Origin: an uncultured Lentimicrobiaceae bacterium
Lineage (GTDB): Bacteria > Bacteroidota > Bacteroidia > Bacteroidales > 4484-276
Reading direction: 5' to 3'
Assembly: GCA_964490385.1 (NCBI GenBank)
Contig: CAZBDF010000002.1
Coordinates: 1 to 34,429 of the forward strand
Length of the DNA: 34,429 nt
In this document: positions 1-9,424 of the stretch, in pieces
How the letters are laid out: each line of letters begins with the position of its first letter
Numbering within the stretch: the stretch's first letter is position 1
Notes under the pieces: model-generated
The model's database searches: none
Seen by the model: the letters and a program-made list of their open reading frames with translations, nothing else
What the model was told of the DNA's origin: nothing
Made by a program: the position numbers and the translations under genes

Positions 1-62
1 TCAGTATGTAATAAATAGTTGTTTTAAAACCATCCATTAAATTCGTGGTAGAACCTAAATAT
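1..62 (+). promoter_or_regulatory. Copy A of a ~60-bp conserved intergenic element. It is a candidate promoter for the baseplate gene block and may be truncated by the window edge.
   Basis: Positions 1-46 match 22762-22807 at 44/46 nt, and similarity continues with small indels to about 60. The conserved core has the form (T/G)TTG-N16-TAAATTCG, with the box at 38-45. This resembles the Bacteroidota -33 TTTG / -7 TAnnTTTG promoter with one mismatch. It lies about 28 nt upstream of the ATG at 73. Confidence 0.4.
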
Positions 63-72
63 TGAAGATTTT

Positions 73-243
73 ATGCCTCTGGAAATAAAAGAACTGCATA
101 TCAAAGCTTCTGTTTCAGATGAAACCGGAAGATCAGATAGCGCGGGAAATTCTAGTACTGCCAATGCTGAAGCAAATGAAGAATTAATTCAGGCATGTGT
201 CGATAAAGTTATGGAAATCCTCAGGGAGAAAAATGAACGCTAA
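73..243 (+). CDS. Small conserved eCIS protein (56 aa) at the Cis6/Afp6 position; resembles the DUF5908 small-protein family.
   Basis: ATG at 73 and TAA at 241-243, in frame. It is absent from the ORF track because it is under 60 aa. Translation: MPLEIKELHIKASVSDETGRSDSAGNSSTANAEANEELIQACVDKVMEILREKNER. It has a conserved-looking MP.EIKELHIK N-terminus, a low-complexity middle and a helical C-terminus. It abuts the next gene (stop at 243, ATG at 244), as small Cis6-type genes do ahead of Cis7. Confidence 0.55.
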   Translation: MPLEIKELHIKASVSDETGRSDSAGNSSTANAEANEELIQACVDKVMEILREKNER

Positions 244-966
244 ATGGCTGAGATACCAACAAAAATAAGAATTATACCCTACACCGACAAGGAAGTCAAA
301 AAGAAAGACAAAGAAGTGAAGGAATACATTGTTCCCGTTAACCCGGAACACTATTCTTTGCGCTACAAGGTGAAGTACGATATTAAACCAGCCCAGGGAT
401 CGCATGGTGTGAAAGAAAGATTTATATCAAGTATGCCCGAGGAACTAAAACTCGACTTTATTGTTGATGGCACCAATACAATTTATGGGTATAAATACAG
501 TGATGAGAGCAAGAAAACGGTTCCTGAACAGATCCAGCATTTCAAGAGTGTAGTGTATGATATGTCAGGAAAAATGCACCAACCCCGATTACTGAAAATT
601 ATGGGATTGGGTATTCAGCAAAAGGGAAAAGGTGATGTAACCTATGATGGGATCCTCACCGATCTGCAAATAACCTACACCCTCTTCAATCCCAATGGGG
701 AGCCCTTGCGCGCCAAAATAAGTGCTACATTTTTAGATTACTTGGAAACCAGGCGCCGCGTACTCGAAGAGAATAAGAAATCACCCGATCTTACACACCT
801 GAGTAAAGTAGTTGACAGCGACAAATTGCCTTTGATGAGCCATACCATGTATGATGATCCATCTTACTATCTGGAAGTAGCAAAAGTAAATGACCTGACA
901 AATTTCAGGGAATTAACCGTGGGGCAGGAACTTATTTTCCCACCCATCCAAAAATCAGCAAAATGA
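244..966 (+). CDS. LysM-domain tube-initiator/baseplate hub protein (Cis7/Afp7-like; the LysM resembles P2 gpX).
   Basis: 240-aa ORF. The C-terminus DKLPLMSHTMYDDPSYYLEVAKVNDLTNFRELTVGQELIFPP fits the LysM pattern (..Y.....IA..N.l.....L.vGq.L.iP). It sits immediately upstream of the spike gene, with an ATGA stop/start overlap at 963-966. Confidence 0.75.
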   Translation: MAEIPTKIRIIPYTDKEVKKKDKEVKEYIVPVNPEHYSLRYKVKYDIKPAQGSHGVKERFISSMPEELKLDFIVDGTNTIYGYKYSDESKKTVPEQIQHFKSVVYDMSGKMHQPRLLKIMGLGIQQKGKGDVTYDGILTDLQITYTLFNPNGEPLRAKISATFLDYLETRRRVLEENKKSPDLTHLSKVVDSDKLPLMSHTMYDDPSYYLEVAKVNDLTNFRELTVGQELIFPPIQKSAK

Positions 967-2735
967 GTAATGACAGGGTATTACCTATTAATGACACTAC
1001 AGGTACCATAACCTTTACCGTGCTTATTGATGGTAATGAAGCACCCAACACCCTGGAATTCGATACCTTAATTACCAATAAAGAGGTAAACAGAATCCCT
1101 TATGCGCGATTAATTATTAAAGATGGCAGTGCCGCTTCCGAAGATTTTGAAGTAAGCAACCAGGATATACTGATTCCCGGTAAAAAAATTGAGGTACAAG
1201 CAGGATACGACAGTAAAAACAAAACCTTGTTTAAAGGAATCATCATCAAACACAGCATTAAAATCAGGGAGAACAAAGGTTCGATGCTTTATGTCGATTG
1301 CCGCGATGAAGCTGTAAAATTGACGATTGGCAGAAAAAGTGGCTATTTTAAAGACATGAAAGATAGCGATGTCATCGAAAAGATTATCGGTGGTTATGGC
1401 CTTAAAAAATCAGTTGCTGCCACTAAACTTAAGCACAAAGAGTTGGTGCAATATTATTGTTCCGATTGGGACTTCATCCTTTCCCGGGCCGAAATGAATG
1501 GTATGATTGTGATTGCCAATGATGGTGAAGTAAAGGTTTCATCGCCCAGCATAAATTCCGCTTCAAAATTGACACTTATATACGGGGCTACACTTCATGA
1601 ATTTGAAGCAGAAATAGATGCGAGGCATCAATACAAAAATGTAAAATCCAGTTCCTGGGATTCAAAAACCCAGAAAGTACTCGAAAAAACTGGTAGTTCT
1701 CCTGCATCAAATGCAATGGGCAACCTGAGCGAAAGTAAACTTGCCGATGTTATCGGGCTGAGTGACTTTCAACTTCAACATGGCGGGAAAGTGATCGACC
1801 AGGAACTTCAGGCATGGGCCGATGCCAAACTTATCAAATGCCACCTGGCAAAAGTAGTGGGTAGGGCAAAAATTGAAGGTTTCCCGGAAATATTCCCCGG
1901 TGATATGGTGGAGTTTCAAGGAGTAGGCAATCGCTTTAACGGCAAGGCATTTATTACCGGGGTTCGCCAGGAAATGATTGAAGGCACCTGGTACACGCAA
2001 TTACAGTTTGGGCATTCGCCCGAATGGTTTTACAATGAATACGAAACCATGGACCGTTCAGCATCGGGATTGTTACCTGGTATTAATGGATTACAGGTTG
2101 GAACTGTAAATAAATTGGGGGATGATCCTGATGGGGAAGACCGGATACAGGTGGTGTTGCCATTGCTTGATGAAAGTGCTAAAGGTATTTGGGCACGGTT
2201 GGCAAGTCTGGATGCCGGGCAGGAAAGAGGTTGGGTGTTTCGTCCCGAGATTGGTGATGAGGTGATTGTTGGATTTATCAATGATGACCCCCGCGACGCC
2301 ATTGTTTTGGGAATGCTTCATAGCAGCAAATTACCTGCACCAGTGCCACCCACCGACGACAACCATGAAAAAGGATTGGTATCAAGATCGAAAATGCGCA
2401 TCTGGCTTGATGATGATAAAAAAATAATAACCCTGGACACTCCCGGGGGAAATAAAATTGAACTCAGTGAAGACGGCAAGTCAATTTCCCTCGAAGATCA
2501 GAATAGCAATAAGATTGTGATGAATGATAGTGGGATAGAGATCAATAGTCCAAAAGATATAAAAATTACAGCCACTGGGGCAATTGAAGCCAAAGCCACG
2601 GGCGACATTAAGCTCGAAGGCACGAACGTGGAAGCGAAGGCAAATGCTGAATTTAAGGCAGAAGGTAGCGCGGGAGCCAAACTAACTACATCAGCGATTG
2701 CCGAGATAAAAGGATCATTGGTGAAAATTAATTAA
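963..2735 (+). CDS. VgrG-like spike protein (gp27/gp5 fusion; phage late control D family; Cis8).
   Basis: 590 aa. The gp5 OB-fold signature is RIQVVLPLLDESAKGIWARLASLDAGQERGWVFRPEIGDEVIVGFINDDPRDAIVLGMLHS. The C-terminal beta-helix repeats read GGNKIELSEDGKSISLEDQNSNKIVMNDSGIEINSPKDIKITATGAIEAKATGDIKLEGTNVEAKA. A PAAR gene follows directly. Confidence 0.9.
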   Translation: MSNDRVLPINDTTGTITFTVLIDGNEAPNTLEFDTLITNKEVNRIPYARLIIKDGSAASEDFEVSNQDILIPGKKIEVQAGYDSKNKTLFKGIIIKHSIKIRENKGSMLYVDCRDEAVKLTIGRKSGYFKDMKDSDVIEKIIGGYGLKKSVAATKLKHKELVQYYCSDWDFILSRAEMNGMIVIANDGEVKVSSPSINSASKLTLIYGATLHEFEAEIDARHQYKNVKSSSWDSKTQKVLEKTGSSPASNAMGNLSESKLADVIGLSDFQLQHGGKVIDQELQAWADAKLIKCHLAKVVGRAKIEGFPEIFPGDMVEFQGVGNRFNGKAFITGVRQEMIEGTWYTQLQFGHSPEWFYNEYETMDRSASGLLPGINGLQVGTVNKLGDDPDGEDRIQVVLPLLDESAKGIWARLASLDAGQERGWVFRPEIGDEVIVGFINDDPRDAIVLGMLHSSKLPAPVPPTDDNHEKGLVSRSKMRIWLDDDKKIITLDTPGGNKIELSEDGKSISLEDQNSNKIVMNDSGIEINSPKDIKITATGAIEAKATGDIKLEGTNVEAKANAEFKAEGSAGAKLTTSAIAEIKGSLVKIN

Positions 2736-2768
2736 TGATTTTAAATATTTAACCAAAATCAGTATGAT

Positions 2769-3059
2769 ATGCCAGCAGCAGCAAGGGTAAGTGATATGCA
2801 TGTTTGTCCAATGGTTACGGGATTAGTCCCTCATGTAGGTGGCCCGGCATTGCCACCTGGTGAACCAACTGTTTTAATTGGTGGTTTGCCGGCCCTTCGT
2901 TTGGGAGATATGCTTACCTGTGTAGGCCCGCCCGACACTGTTGTAAAAGGTTCTGCCACTGTAATGATTGGAGGAAAACCTGCTGCACGTATGGGCGATT
3001 CAACAGCGCATGGTGGGAGCATTGTTCTTGGCTGCTTTACTGTAATGATTGGAGGCTGA
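2769..3059 (+). CDS. PAAR-repeat spike-tip protein (Cis10).
   Basis: 96 aa with three PAAR-type motifs (MPAAARVSD, LPALRLGD, KPAARMGD) and the typical size. It is adjacent to the VgrG-like gene. Confidence 0.93.
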   Translation: MPAAARVSDMHVCPMVTGLVPHVGGPALPPGEPTVLIGGLPALRLGDMLTCVGPPDTVVKGSATVMIGGKPAARMGDSTAHGGSIVLGCFTVMIGG

Positions 3060-3060
3060 T

Positions 3061-3486
3061 ATGACCAATAAAAAATCTTTTATAGGGACAGGCTGGAGTT
3101 TCCCACCGGAATTTGATAAATTCCAGAAGAAAATTGTGATGGTTTCTGATGTAGAAGATATTGAACAAAGCTTGAATATCTTACTAAGCACGGCTTTAGA
3201 AGAGCGGGTAATGCAACCAAAATATGGGGCTGACCTGCAAGAATTTGTTTTTGAAACAGCCGACTCAGGGCTCGTTACAAGGCTAACAGATATCGTCAGG
3301 ACAGCAATTATCTATTTCGAAACACGCATCGATCTTATAAGTCTAAAAATCGACACCACCAGGGCATGGGAAGGTGTCTTGCTGATAGAGATTGATTACC
3401 GCGTAAAAATTACAAATTCACGCTTCAATTTTGTATATCCTTTTTATATCAACGAAGGAGTTGACATAAGGGAATTGATAAATTGA
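3061..3486 (+). CDS. gp25-like baseplate wedge protein (GPW/gp25 family; Cis9).
   Basis: Motif IEQSLNILLSTALEERVMQPKYGADLQEFVFE is typical of GPW_gp25. I prefer the ATG at 3061, just after the PAAR stop at 3057-3059, over the TTG at 3049 used by the ORF track. Confidence 0.88.
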   Translation: MTNKKSFIGTGWSFPPEFDKFQKKIVMVSDVEDIEQSLNILLSTALEERVMQPKYGADLQEFVFETADSGLVTRLTDIVRTAIIYFETRIDLISLKIDTTRAWEGVLLIEIDYRVKITNSRFNFVYPFYINEGVDIRELIN

Positions 3487-3503
3487 AACAACAGAATAAC
3501 AGG

Positions 3504-6500
3504 ATGGCAAATAGTGATAATTATAGCATAAAAAATCCATTAAAGCGCGATGGCACAAGTCAGGGCCAGCGGCAACCAGTTGCACTCGATCCTGAATACG
3601 TGAAAGTTGATGAACGTACAATACAGGATTTTATGGTTTTTGCACGCAACTTCGCCAAACAGGTTTACTATTATAACCAAAACAACAAAATCGAGGGCGA
3701 TTGGGAGGATTTCTGGACATACGACATTTCCTTCATCATCGCGGCCATTCAAAAAACCAATCCTCAGGACGATAAACAACGGTTTTTCCAGGTTCAGGAA
3801 TCGAAGCCAAGAGTGGAAGGACTTGCCAAACTCATCCGCGAAATTCTAAACGTGGCCGGGAAACTGGACACCTGGATGCGAAACCTTGTTCCAGCGACTG
3901 ATTTCAGCGATCAAATATCTCGCCTCATCAGGGCCAACCTAAATGTCTTTCTTGGGCAAATCGCGGCTTATGATAAAGGGGCTTATGAGGTTTTAGGTTC
4001 AAAAAATTATCCACGCCCGGATGAAGACAATTATACAACATTTTCTTCCATATGGAAGCTGGGGGATTTTAACAAAATTGAAGCCGACACCAATCTATTT
4101 AGGCAAACATGGGAACCCGCGTTTTCGGATGAACCTCCCCCGAATCCTGATGAAAACGAAAAGATTGAAATTGCCTATGAAAATTTAAAGACTTCCTTCA
4201 ATGAAGTTTTCAATGTCTATTTCCAGGCAATCCGCCAGGCAGCTTCCTGGTTTGATAAAAGTTTACTTGTAAATGATCACGAACCCCATATTGCTTTATT
4301 TATTGCCTTTTTGCGCTTGTACCAGGCAGTTCAGGCCGACATCAATAAAATTACCGAAAAACACCTGGATTTCTACTTCCGGGATGTACTACAACTAAAA
4401 CTTAAACCTGCTACTCCTGACCATTCGCACCTGTATTTCGCCTTGGCAAAACATATTAACGAACACGAGCTAAGCGAGGGAACCCGTTTCCTGGCAGGAA
4501 AAGACCAGAGTGGGGCAGATTTATTCTATTCGCTTGATAAGGATATCGTGTTGAATAAAGCTCAGATCGATAGTCTCCAAACAGTTTTCATCAAAAGGAA
4601 AGAGGATGCAGTACAAAATATATTCGCTGCACCCGTGGCTAATTCATCTGATGGAAAAGGGGCTGAGTTTAGCAATGAAGACGAGGCATCATGGATGACC
4701 TTTGGGAGCAACAAAATGCCTGAAGCTGAAGTTGGTTTTGCCATTGCTTCCAACGAGTTCCTTTTGGCAGAAGGGAAAAGAGTAATCACCCTGACTATTA
4801 ATTATAGTGGTCCGGATTTAACTGAATACTTAAACGGGTTTTTCGATATTTGGTTTAGTGGCGAGGAAGAATTGTTTCAACCAATTAAACCTCCTGTTGT
4901 ACAACACTGCGATAGCCATAATTGTTTTGATCTTGTCATCACTTTGGGGCCTGAAGAACCAGCGATAATTCCATTTGATGAACAAATACTAAAATCAAAA
5001 CTGGGCACACAACTTCCTGTCATGAAAGTGCTGCTTCGGCCACCAGTAAATGATGCAGATTTTAAACTGGACATTATTAAAGATATAAAGATCACCTCGC
5101 TCTCGTTGGATATAGATGTTTCCGGTGTAAACAGCCTGTTGGCATTTAATGATCTTGGCGCAGTTGATCCATCGAAACCCTTTCTTCCATATGGCCCGGC
5201 TCCTGTTGTGGGCTCAAGTTTCTTTATTGGGAGCAAGGAGGCTTTTCAGAAGAACTTGACTAAAATTACCTTGAATTTAACCTGGGAGAATCTTCCTAAA
5301 GTTGGATCGACATTAAATTTTGAAAAACACTATGATGGTTATGACGATCCACCAGCCAATAAATCAAGTTATACATTTAAAACAACTATCTTAAAATCTA
5401 CAGGAGCAAGCCAGCTTACTGATCCCAAGCAGTTTTTTGAAACCCAGGCGATGGATAATAATGGCCCCATTCCTGATCAGTATATTATTGAGTTTGAAAA
5501 TTCTGCTTTGGCTTATCTGATACAAGCAAATGAATTGGAGAAGTATGGACAAAAGCCAGACTTCGGATTTCTAAGGTTGGATTTACAAAGAGATTTTGAA
5601 CATGACCAGTATTCACAGGTATTGACCCGACAAACCATTGCCATGGCAAAATTTGCTGATACTCCTCCCAAAATGGTTGTTGGGGCATATTATTGGAAAT
5701 CAGAAAATGGTGCCCTGAAGCCACAAAAGGCTACCAGTGGAACACTTTATCCTGAAGTAGAAAGTGTAATACAGCCTAACGAACCCTACACCCCAACTGT
5801 CAAAACTATTTCCCTTGATTATGCCTCGAGTGTTGATTTGGGTGCAATTGCGCTTACAAACACAAAATTCATCCATCTTCATCCCTTTGTCAATACCTAT
5901 CAGCAATTTGAAACTGTAGAAAATCTTTCGCTGATCCCTCAATTACATAAAAATACATCTTCCATCCCGCCTATAAATCTGGAAGGTAGCCTCTTGCTTG
6001 GTTTAAAAGATTTAAAATCCAAACAAAGCCTCTCTATACTTTTCCAGGTTGCCGGAAACACCGCCGATGCCGATGTTGATGAAGCAATAGTTCAGTGGCA
6101 ATATTTGTCGGACAACAAATGGGTTGATTTCAAATCCTATGAGATCACTAGTGATACCACCAAGGGACTCGTTGCATCAGGCATCATAACATTCACCATT
6201 CCAGAAGCTAATACAACAGGCAACACGATATTGCCAAACCATCGTTTTTGGTTGCGTGCCTGGGTTGAAAAAGATTCGGGGGCTGTTAGTGAAATAATTA
6301 ATATCCATACACAGGCTGCACGAATTACTTTTCAAAATAACAATAACGATCCTGATCACCTGGACACACCACTCCCGGAAAAAACAATAAGCAAACTCGA
6401 AAATGATGATTCAGCTATTGATAGTATCCATCAGGATTATGCTTCATTTGGAGGCAGGCCCGCCGAGAAAGCGTTAAAATTTTATACACGGGTTAGCGAG

Positions 6501-7235
6501 CGCTTAAGACACAAGGGACGCGCCATTACACTTTATGATTACGAAAGGATTATCCTCGAACAATTCCCTGACATTTATAAAGTAAAATGCATCAGCCATA
6601 CAAACGAAAATGATCAAACGGCTCCCGGACATGTACTCCTGGCGGTCATCCCCGATTTTACCAAAATGACTGCAATGGATAGAGGTCAACCAAAGGTAAC
6701 CAGAGGGCGACTGGATGAGATCAGGAAATATCTGGAACCTAAAAACCCAACATTTGTTGGAACTTTTGCCAATACGGGTGAACCTAAAAAGTACTTACAC
6801 GTGTCAAATCCCAAGTACGAAAAGGTCAGGGTGAATTTTTCGGTTCGTTTCAAACCAGAAGTAACCGCCATTGATTTCCATATAAGGAAATTGAGAAAGG
6901 CCATCATCCGCTTCCTCTCTCCCTGGGCTTACGAGGATGCCGCCGAAATAAACTTTGGAGGAAAAGTATTTAAGTCTTCTATCCTGGATTTCGTAGAAGC
7001 CCAGGAATATATCGATTATGTCATCAACTTTATGATGATGCGCGAAGGTTCCAATGCCGATGTGAATTCAATTGAAACAGATTCAGCCCGTACCATCCTG
7101 GTTCCTGACCAAGAAGACCGTATTGAGATATTCAGTATAAATGAAGCAGACCATTGCCCTACTGAAAATTTAATTTCAGGCGATACCCTGGGATATATGA
7201 CAATTAATGATTTTGAGATAAGGAATGAAAATTAA
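3504..7235 (+). CDS. Large baseplate-J-like wedge protein (gp6/P2 gpJ-like; Cis11).
   Basis: The C-terminal region KGRAITLYDYERIILEQFPDIYKVKCISH...GHVLLAVIP matches the baseplate J/gp47 signature. The N-terminal HEPHIALFIAFLRLYQAVQADINKITEKHLDFYFRDVLQLKLKPATPDHSHLYF fits the putative-baseplate-assembly-protein pattern (..ALl..fa......rlN..p.k....Fl.llg..l.Pa.pa...l.F). The start is ATG 3504; the alternative TTG at 3483 overlaps the gp25 stop. Confidence 0.8.
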   Translation: MANSDNYSIKNPLKRDGTSQGQRQPVALDPEYVKVDERTIQDFMVFARNFAKQVYYYNQNNKIEGDWEDFWTYDISFIIAAIQKTNPQDDKQRFFQVQESKPRVEGLAKLIREILNVAGKLDTWMRNLVPATDFSDQISRLIRANLNVFLGQIAAYDKGAYEVLGSKNYPRPDEDNYTTFSSIWKLGDFNKIEADTNLFRQTWEPAFSDEPPPNPDENEKIEIAYENLKTSFNEVFNVYFQAIRQAASWFDKSLLVNDHEPHIALFIAFLRLYQAVQADINKITEKHLDFYFRDVLQLKLKPATPDHSHLYFALAKHINEHELSEGTRFLAGKDQSGADLFYSLDKDIVLNKAQIDSLQTVFIKRKEDAVQNIFAAPVANSSDGKGAEFSNEDEASWMTFGSNKMPEAEVGFAIASNEFLLAEGKRVITLTINYSGPDLTEYLNGFFDIWFSGEEELFQPIKPPVVQHCDSHNCFDLVITLGPEEPAIIPFDEQILKSKLGTQLPVMKVLLRPPVNDADFKLDIIKDIKITSLSLDIDVSGVNSLLAFNDLGAVDPSKPFLPYGPAPVVGSSFFIGSKEAFQKNLTKITLNLTWENLPKVGSTLNFEKHYDGYDDPPANKSSYTFKTTILKSTGASQLTDPKQFFETQAMDNNGPIPDQYIIEFENSALAYLIQANELEKYGQKPDFGFLRLDLQRDFEHDQYSQVLTRQTIAMAKFADTPPKMVVGAYYWKSENGALKPQKATSGTLYPEVESVIQPNEPYTPTVKTISLDYASSVDLGAIALTNTKFIHLHPFVNTYQQFETVENLSLIPQLHKNTSSIPPINLEGSLLLGLKDLKSKQSLSILFQVAGNTADADVDEAIVQWQYLSDNKWVDFKSYEITSDTTKGLVASGIITFTIPEANTTGNTILPNHRFWLRAWVEKDSGAVSEIINIHTQAARITFQNNNNDPDHLDTPLPEKTISKLENDDSAIDSIHQDYASFGGRPAEKALKFYTRVSERLRHKGRAITLYDYERIILEQFPDIYKVKCISHTNENDQTAPGHVLLAVIPDFTKMTAMDRGQPKVTRGRLDEIRKYLEPKNPTFVGTFANTGEPKKYLHVSNPKYEKVRVNFSVRFKPEVTAIDFHIRKLRKAIIRFLSPWAYEDAAEINFGGKVFKSSILDFVEAQEYIDYVINFMMMREGSNADVNSIETDSARTILVPDQEDRIEIFSINEADHCPTENLISGDTLGYMTINDFEIRNEN

Positions 7236-7247
7236 ATCTATCATATT

Positions 7248-9398
7248 ATGGCATTAATGAGCAGACTTGACCTGGAAGCATTGTTCAAAAATGGGAAAAA
7301 ACCTTCAGAAAAGGATTTCGCTCATTTGATTGAATCGATGCTGAATAAAAGAGACGACCAGTTTATGGGCCGCTGGAAGGCTGGTAAAACATATCGCCCG
7401 GGCGATGTGGTCATTTACAACAGGGGCCTTTGGGAAGTTGCTGATAGCGTTGAAGGTGGAATATGTGCCGCTGAACCTCCCACCAAACCCAATTGGCAGG
7501 AATTGATTATCCTGGAAAGTGATGGCGACTGGAAAATACATAAAGACGATGGCGTGATGTACGCCCAGGTGTACGATCTCATTGGCATTGGCCGGGAATA
7601 TGATCCCGAAAAGGGAGATATGCCGGAAGCTAAAATTGATATTGTTGACGAGGATCGCTCCCGGTTTTTGATTTTCCCTAAAAGCCTCAGTACACCCACG
7701 CTGAGCCTGTTCCAACTGGAAACCGCTGACGGGGAGGGCCCTGAAAGGGAAAAAACATATTTCGTTAGTGGCCTGAACAACCAGGAGGTGAATTTCCTGA
7801 CCGATACCTCCGCCTTTTTGTTCCGCAAAGGTGAATACTGCGAAGACAATGAAGAGGCCAAGCTTTCGGCCAACGACGGGGTGGTACTCATGACAATCCG
7901 TTCGGGAAATTCCGGCTTGGCACAGGTTGGTATTAGTACTCCCAACCCATCGGCCATGCTCGATATAACAGATCAAAACAGGGGGCAATTCCTTTTTAAC
8001 CCTGAAGATAAAACCGACCCTGCCTTTAGCATTATCAACCTCGATCCCGGCACGGACAAAAACTATTTAACTTCAGGTGTAGGCGAGAAAAACGCTGTCT
8101 TTATTTCCGATGCCCCGCGTGGATTTGTTTTCAGGCATGGTGCCGAGTACAATGAATACTGTGCCCACACGGACATTGACCAGAATGGAAAGGGATTAAT
8201 GATCCTGCTATTAGACGAACTGAACAGGACCAGGATGGGAATTGGCACTGAAGATCCCGAAGCATTAATTGATGCAACCGATGATGCCCTGAGCAGGTAT
8301 CAGTTTAATCCCGAGCATAAATCTGAGTCGGCACTCAGCATGACAAATATCGAAGACCCCAACAACATCGAATACTTTGTTTATGGCCTGGGAAAAGAGA
8401 ATCAAGCTAACAACTCTGGAAGCAAAAAAGGTGCGAAATCTAAAGAGCACAAAGATAGGATGGCCATCTTTCTTTCCAATGCCCCGGGAGGATACCGTTT
8501 TAACCAGGGTATATCCCATGATGAATATCTTAAAGATCCACAAATTGACCAGGGAGCAACGCACCTTGTAATTTTAGCCGACGGTAAAACAGGCATTGGT
8601 ACCAAAAAACCTGAAACAAGATTAGAGGTAACTGATGAACAGAAGAGTGGTCGTTTTTTATTCAACGTGGATGAAAAGGCGCCAAATCCGGCAATGGCCA
8701 TTATCAACAACCGGCCCGATACGGGGAAGGCCAATTATTTGACATTGGGAGCAGGAAATAAATCTTCAATCTTTATTACTAATTCTGTTTTCGGCTTTTC
8801 GTTTCGATTAGGGAGCGACATCAACGGGAAAAACAACGATGTAGAAATAGAACAGAAAAGTGAGACACTTTTTAGCATTCGACCGGAATATATCGATTCA
8901 AAAAAAATTGTTCGTCCACGTGAGATGCGCATCTTTCCCGAGAATACCGGGAATATCCCGGGTGAAATTAACATCTCCGGAATGGTGGGTATCGAAAAAA
9001 ACCCGGAGGAATACGAGCTTGATGTGGAAGGCAAGGCCAGGGCCATTGCTTCCTACCTTGTAGCCGATCGTCAGAAGATGCAGGATACTGCCAACATGAG
9101 GGATGTGCTGAAAGATATTCAAAAGGTAATGCCGGTTAGTTTTAGCTGGGATACCAATCATGTTAAAAACGCGCCCGAAGGACCACAGTTTGGATTTGTC
9201 GGGCAGAATTTAGCAGATATTTTTCCTGAAGTTGTACGACAATCAAGCCAGGAAGAAAAAGAGCAGGACGCCTATGCCGTGGCTTACCAAAACATGGTCC
9301 CCGTGCTATTGAAAGCAGTTCAGGAACTCACCACCGAGGTACACGAGCTGAAAAAAGAAATCAAGAAAATAAAAGAAGATCAAGCGAAGAAAGCATAA
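7248..9398 (+). CDS. Tail-fibre protein with a C-terminal intramolecular-chaperone (peptidase S74-like) domain (Cis13-like).
   Basis: - N-terminus: LDLEALFKNGKKPSEKDFAHLIESM, common in Bacteroidota fibre proteins.
- CBM5/12-like segment: WKAGKTYRPGDVVIYNRGLWEVA...PPTKPNWQEL (about 7368-7505).
- Four ~115-aa internal repeats, each bracketed by (I/V)GI(G/S)t..P.a.lD(I/V)tD and containing F(L/Q)FNPE...
- C-terminus: VMPVSFSWDT...GPQFGFVGQNLADIFPEVV...YAVAYQNMVPVLLKAVQELTTEVHELKKEI, matching the chaperone-of-endosialidase domain. Confidence 0.8.
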   Translation: MALMSRLDLEALFKNGKKPSEKDFAHLIESMLNKRDDQFMGRWKAGKTYRPGDVVIYNRGLWEVADSVEGGICAAEPPTKPNWQELIILESDGDWKIHKDDGVMYAQVYDLIGIGREYDPEKGDMPEAKIDIVDEDRSRFLIFPKSLSTPTLSLFQLETADGEGPEREKTYFVSGLNNQEVNFLTDTSAFLFRKGEYCEDNEEAKLSANDGVVLMTIRSGNSGLAQVGISTPNPSAMLDITDQNRGQFLFNPEDKTDPAFSIINLDPGTDKNYLTSGVGEKNAVFISDAPRGFVFRHGAEYNEYCAHTDIDQNGKGLMILLLDELNRTRMGIGTEDPEALIDATDDALSRYQFNPEHKSESALSMTNIEDPNNIEYFVYGLGKENQANNSGSKKGAKSKEHKDRMAIFLSNAPGGYRFNQGISHDEYLKDPQIDQGATHLVILADGKTGIGTKKPETRLEVTDEQKSGRFLFNVDEKAPNPAMAIINNRPDTGKANYLTLGAGNKSSIFITNSVFGFSFRLGSDINGKNNDVEIEQKSETLFSIRPEYIDSKKIVRPREMRIFPENTGNIPGEINISGMVGIEKNPEEYELDVEGKARAIASYLVADRQKMQDTANMRDVLKDIQKVMPVSFSWDTNHVKNAPEGPQFGFVGQNLADIFPEVVRQSSQEEKEQDAYAVAYQNMVPVLLKAVQELTTEVHELKKEIKKIKEDQAKKA

Positions 9399-9424
9399 AT
9401 ACATTGTATTTATTTAGCACTACT

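Noticed and set aside
3049-3060. TTG start at 3049 for the gp25-like gene, and TTG start at 3483 for Cis11, as used in the ORF track.
   Set aside because: ATG codons at 3061 and 3504 follow closely, and the one at 3061 avoids overlap with the upstream coding sequence. The upstream TTG starts cannot be excluded without N-terminal data.
7305-7988. 227-aa and 180-aa minus-strand ORFs antisense to the fibre gene.
   Set aside because: They lie entirely inside a well-supported + strand CDS. Their translations are low in complexity with no recognisable motifs, as expected of shadow ORFs.
7248-9398. A diversity-generating retroelement targeting the fibre.
   Set aside because: There is no reverse transcriptase gene and no template/variable nucleotide repeat pair anywhere in the window.
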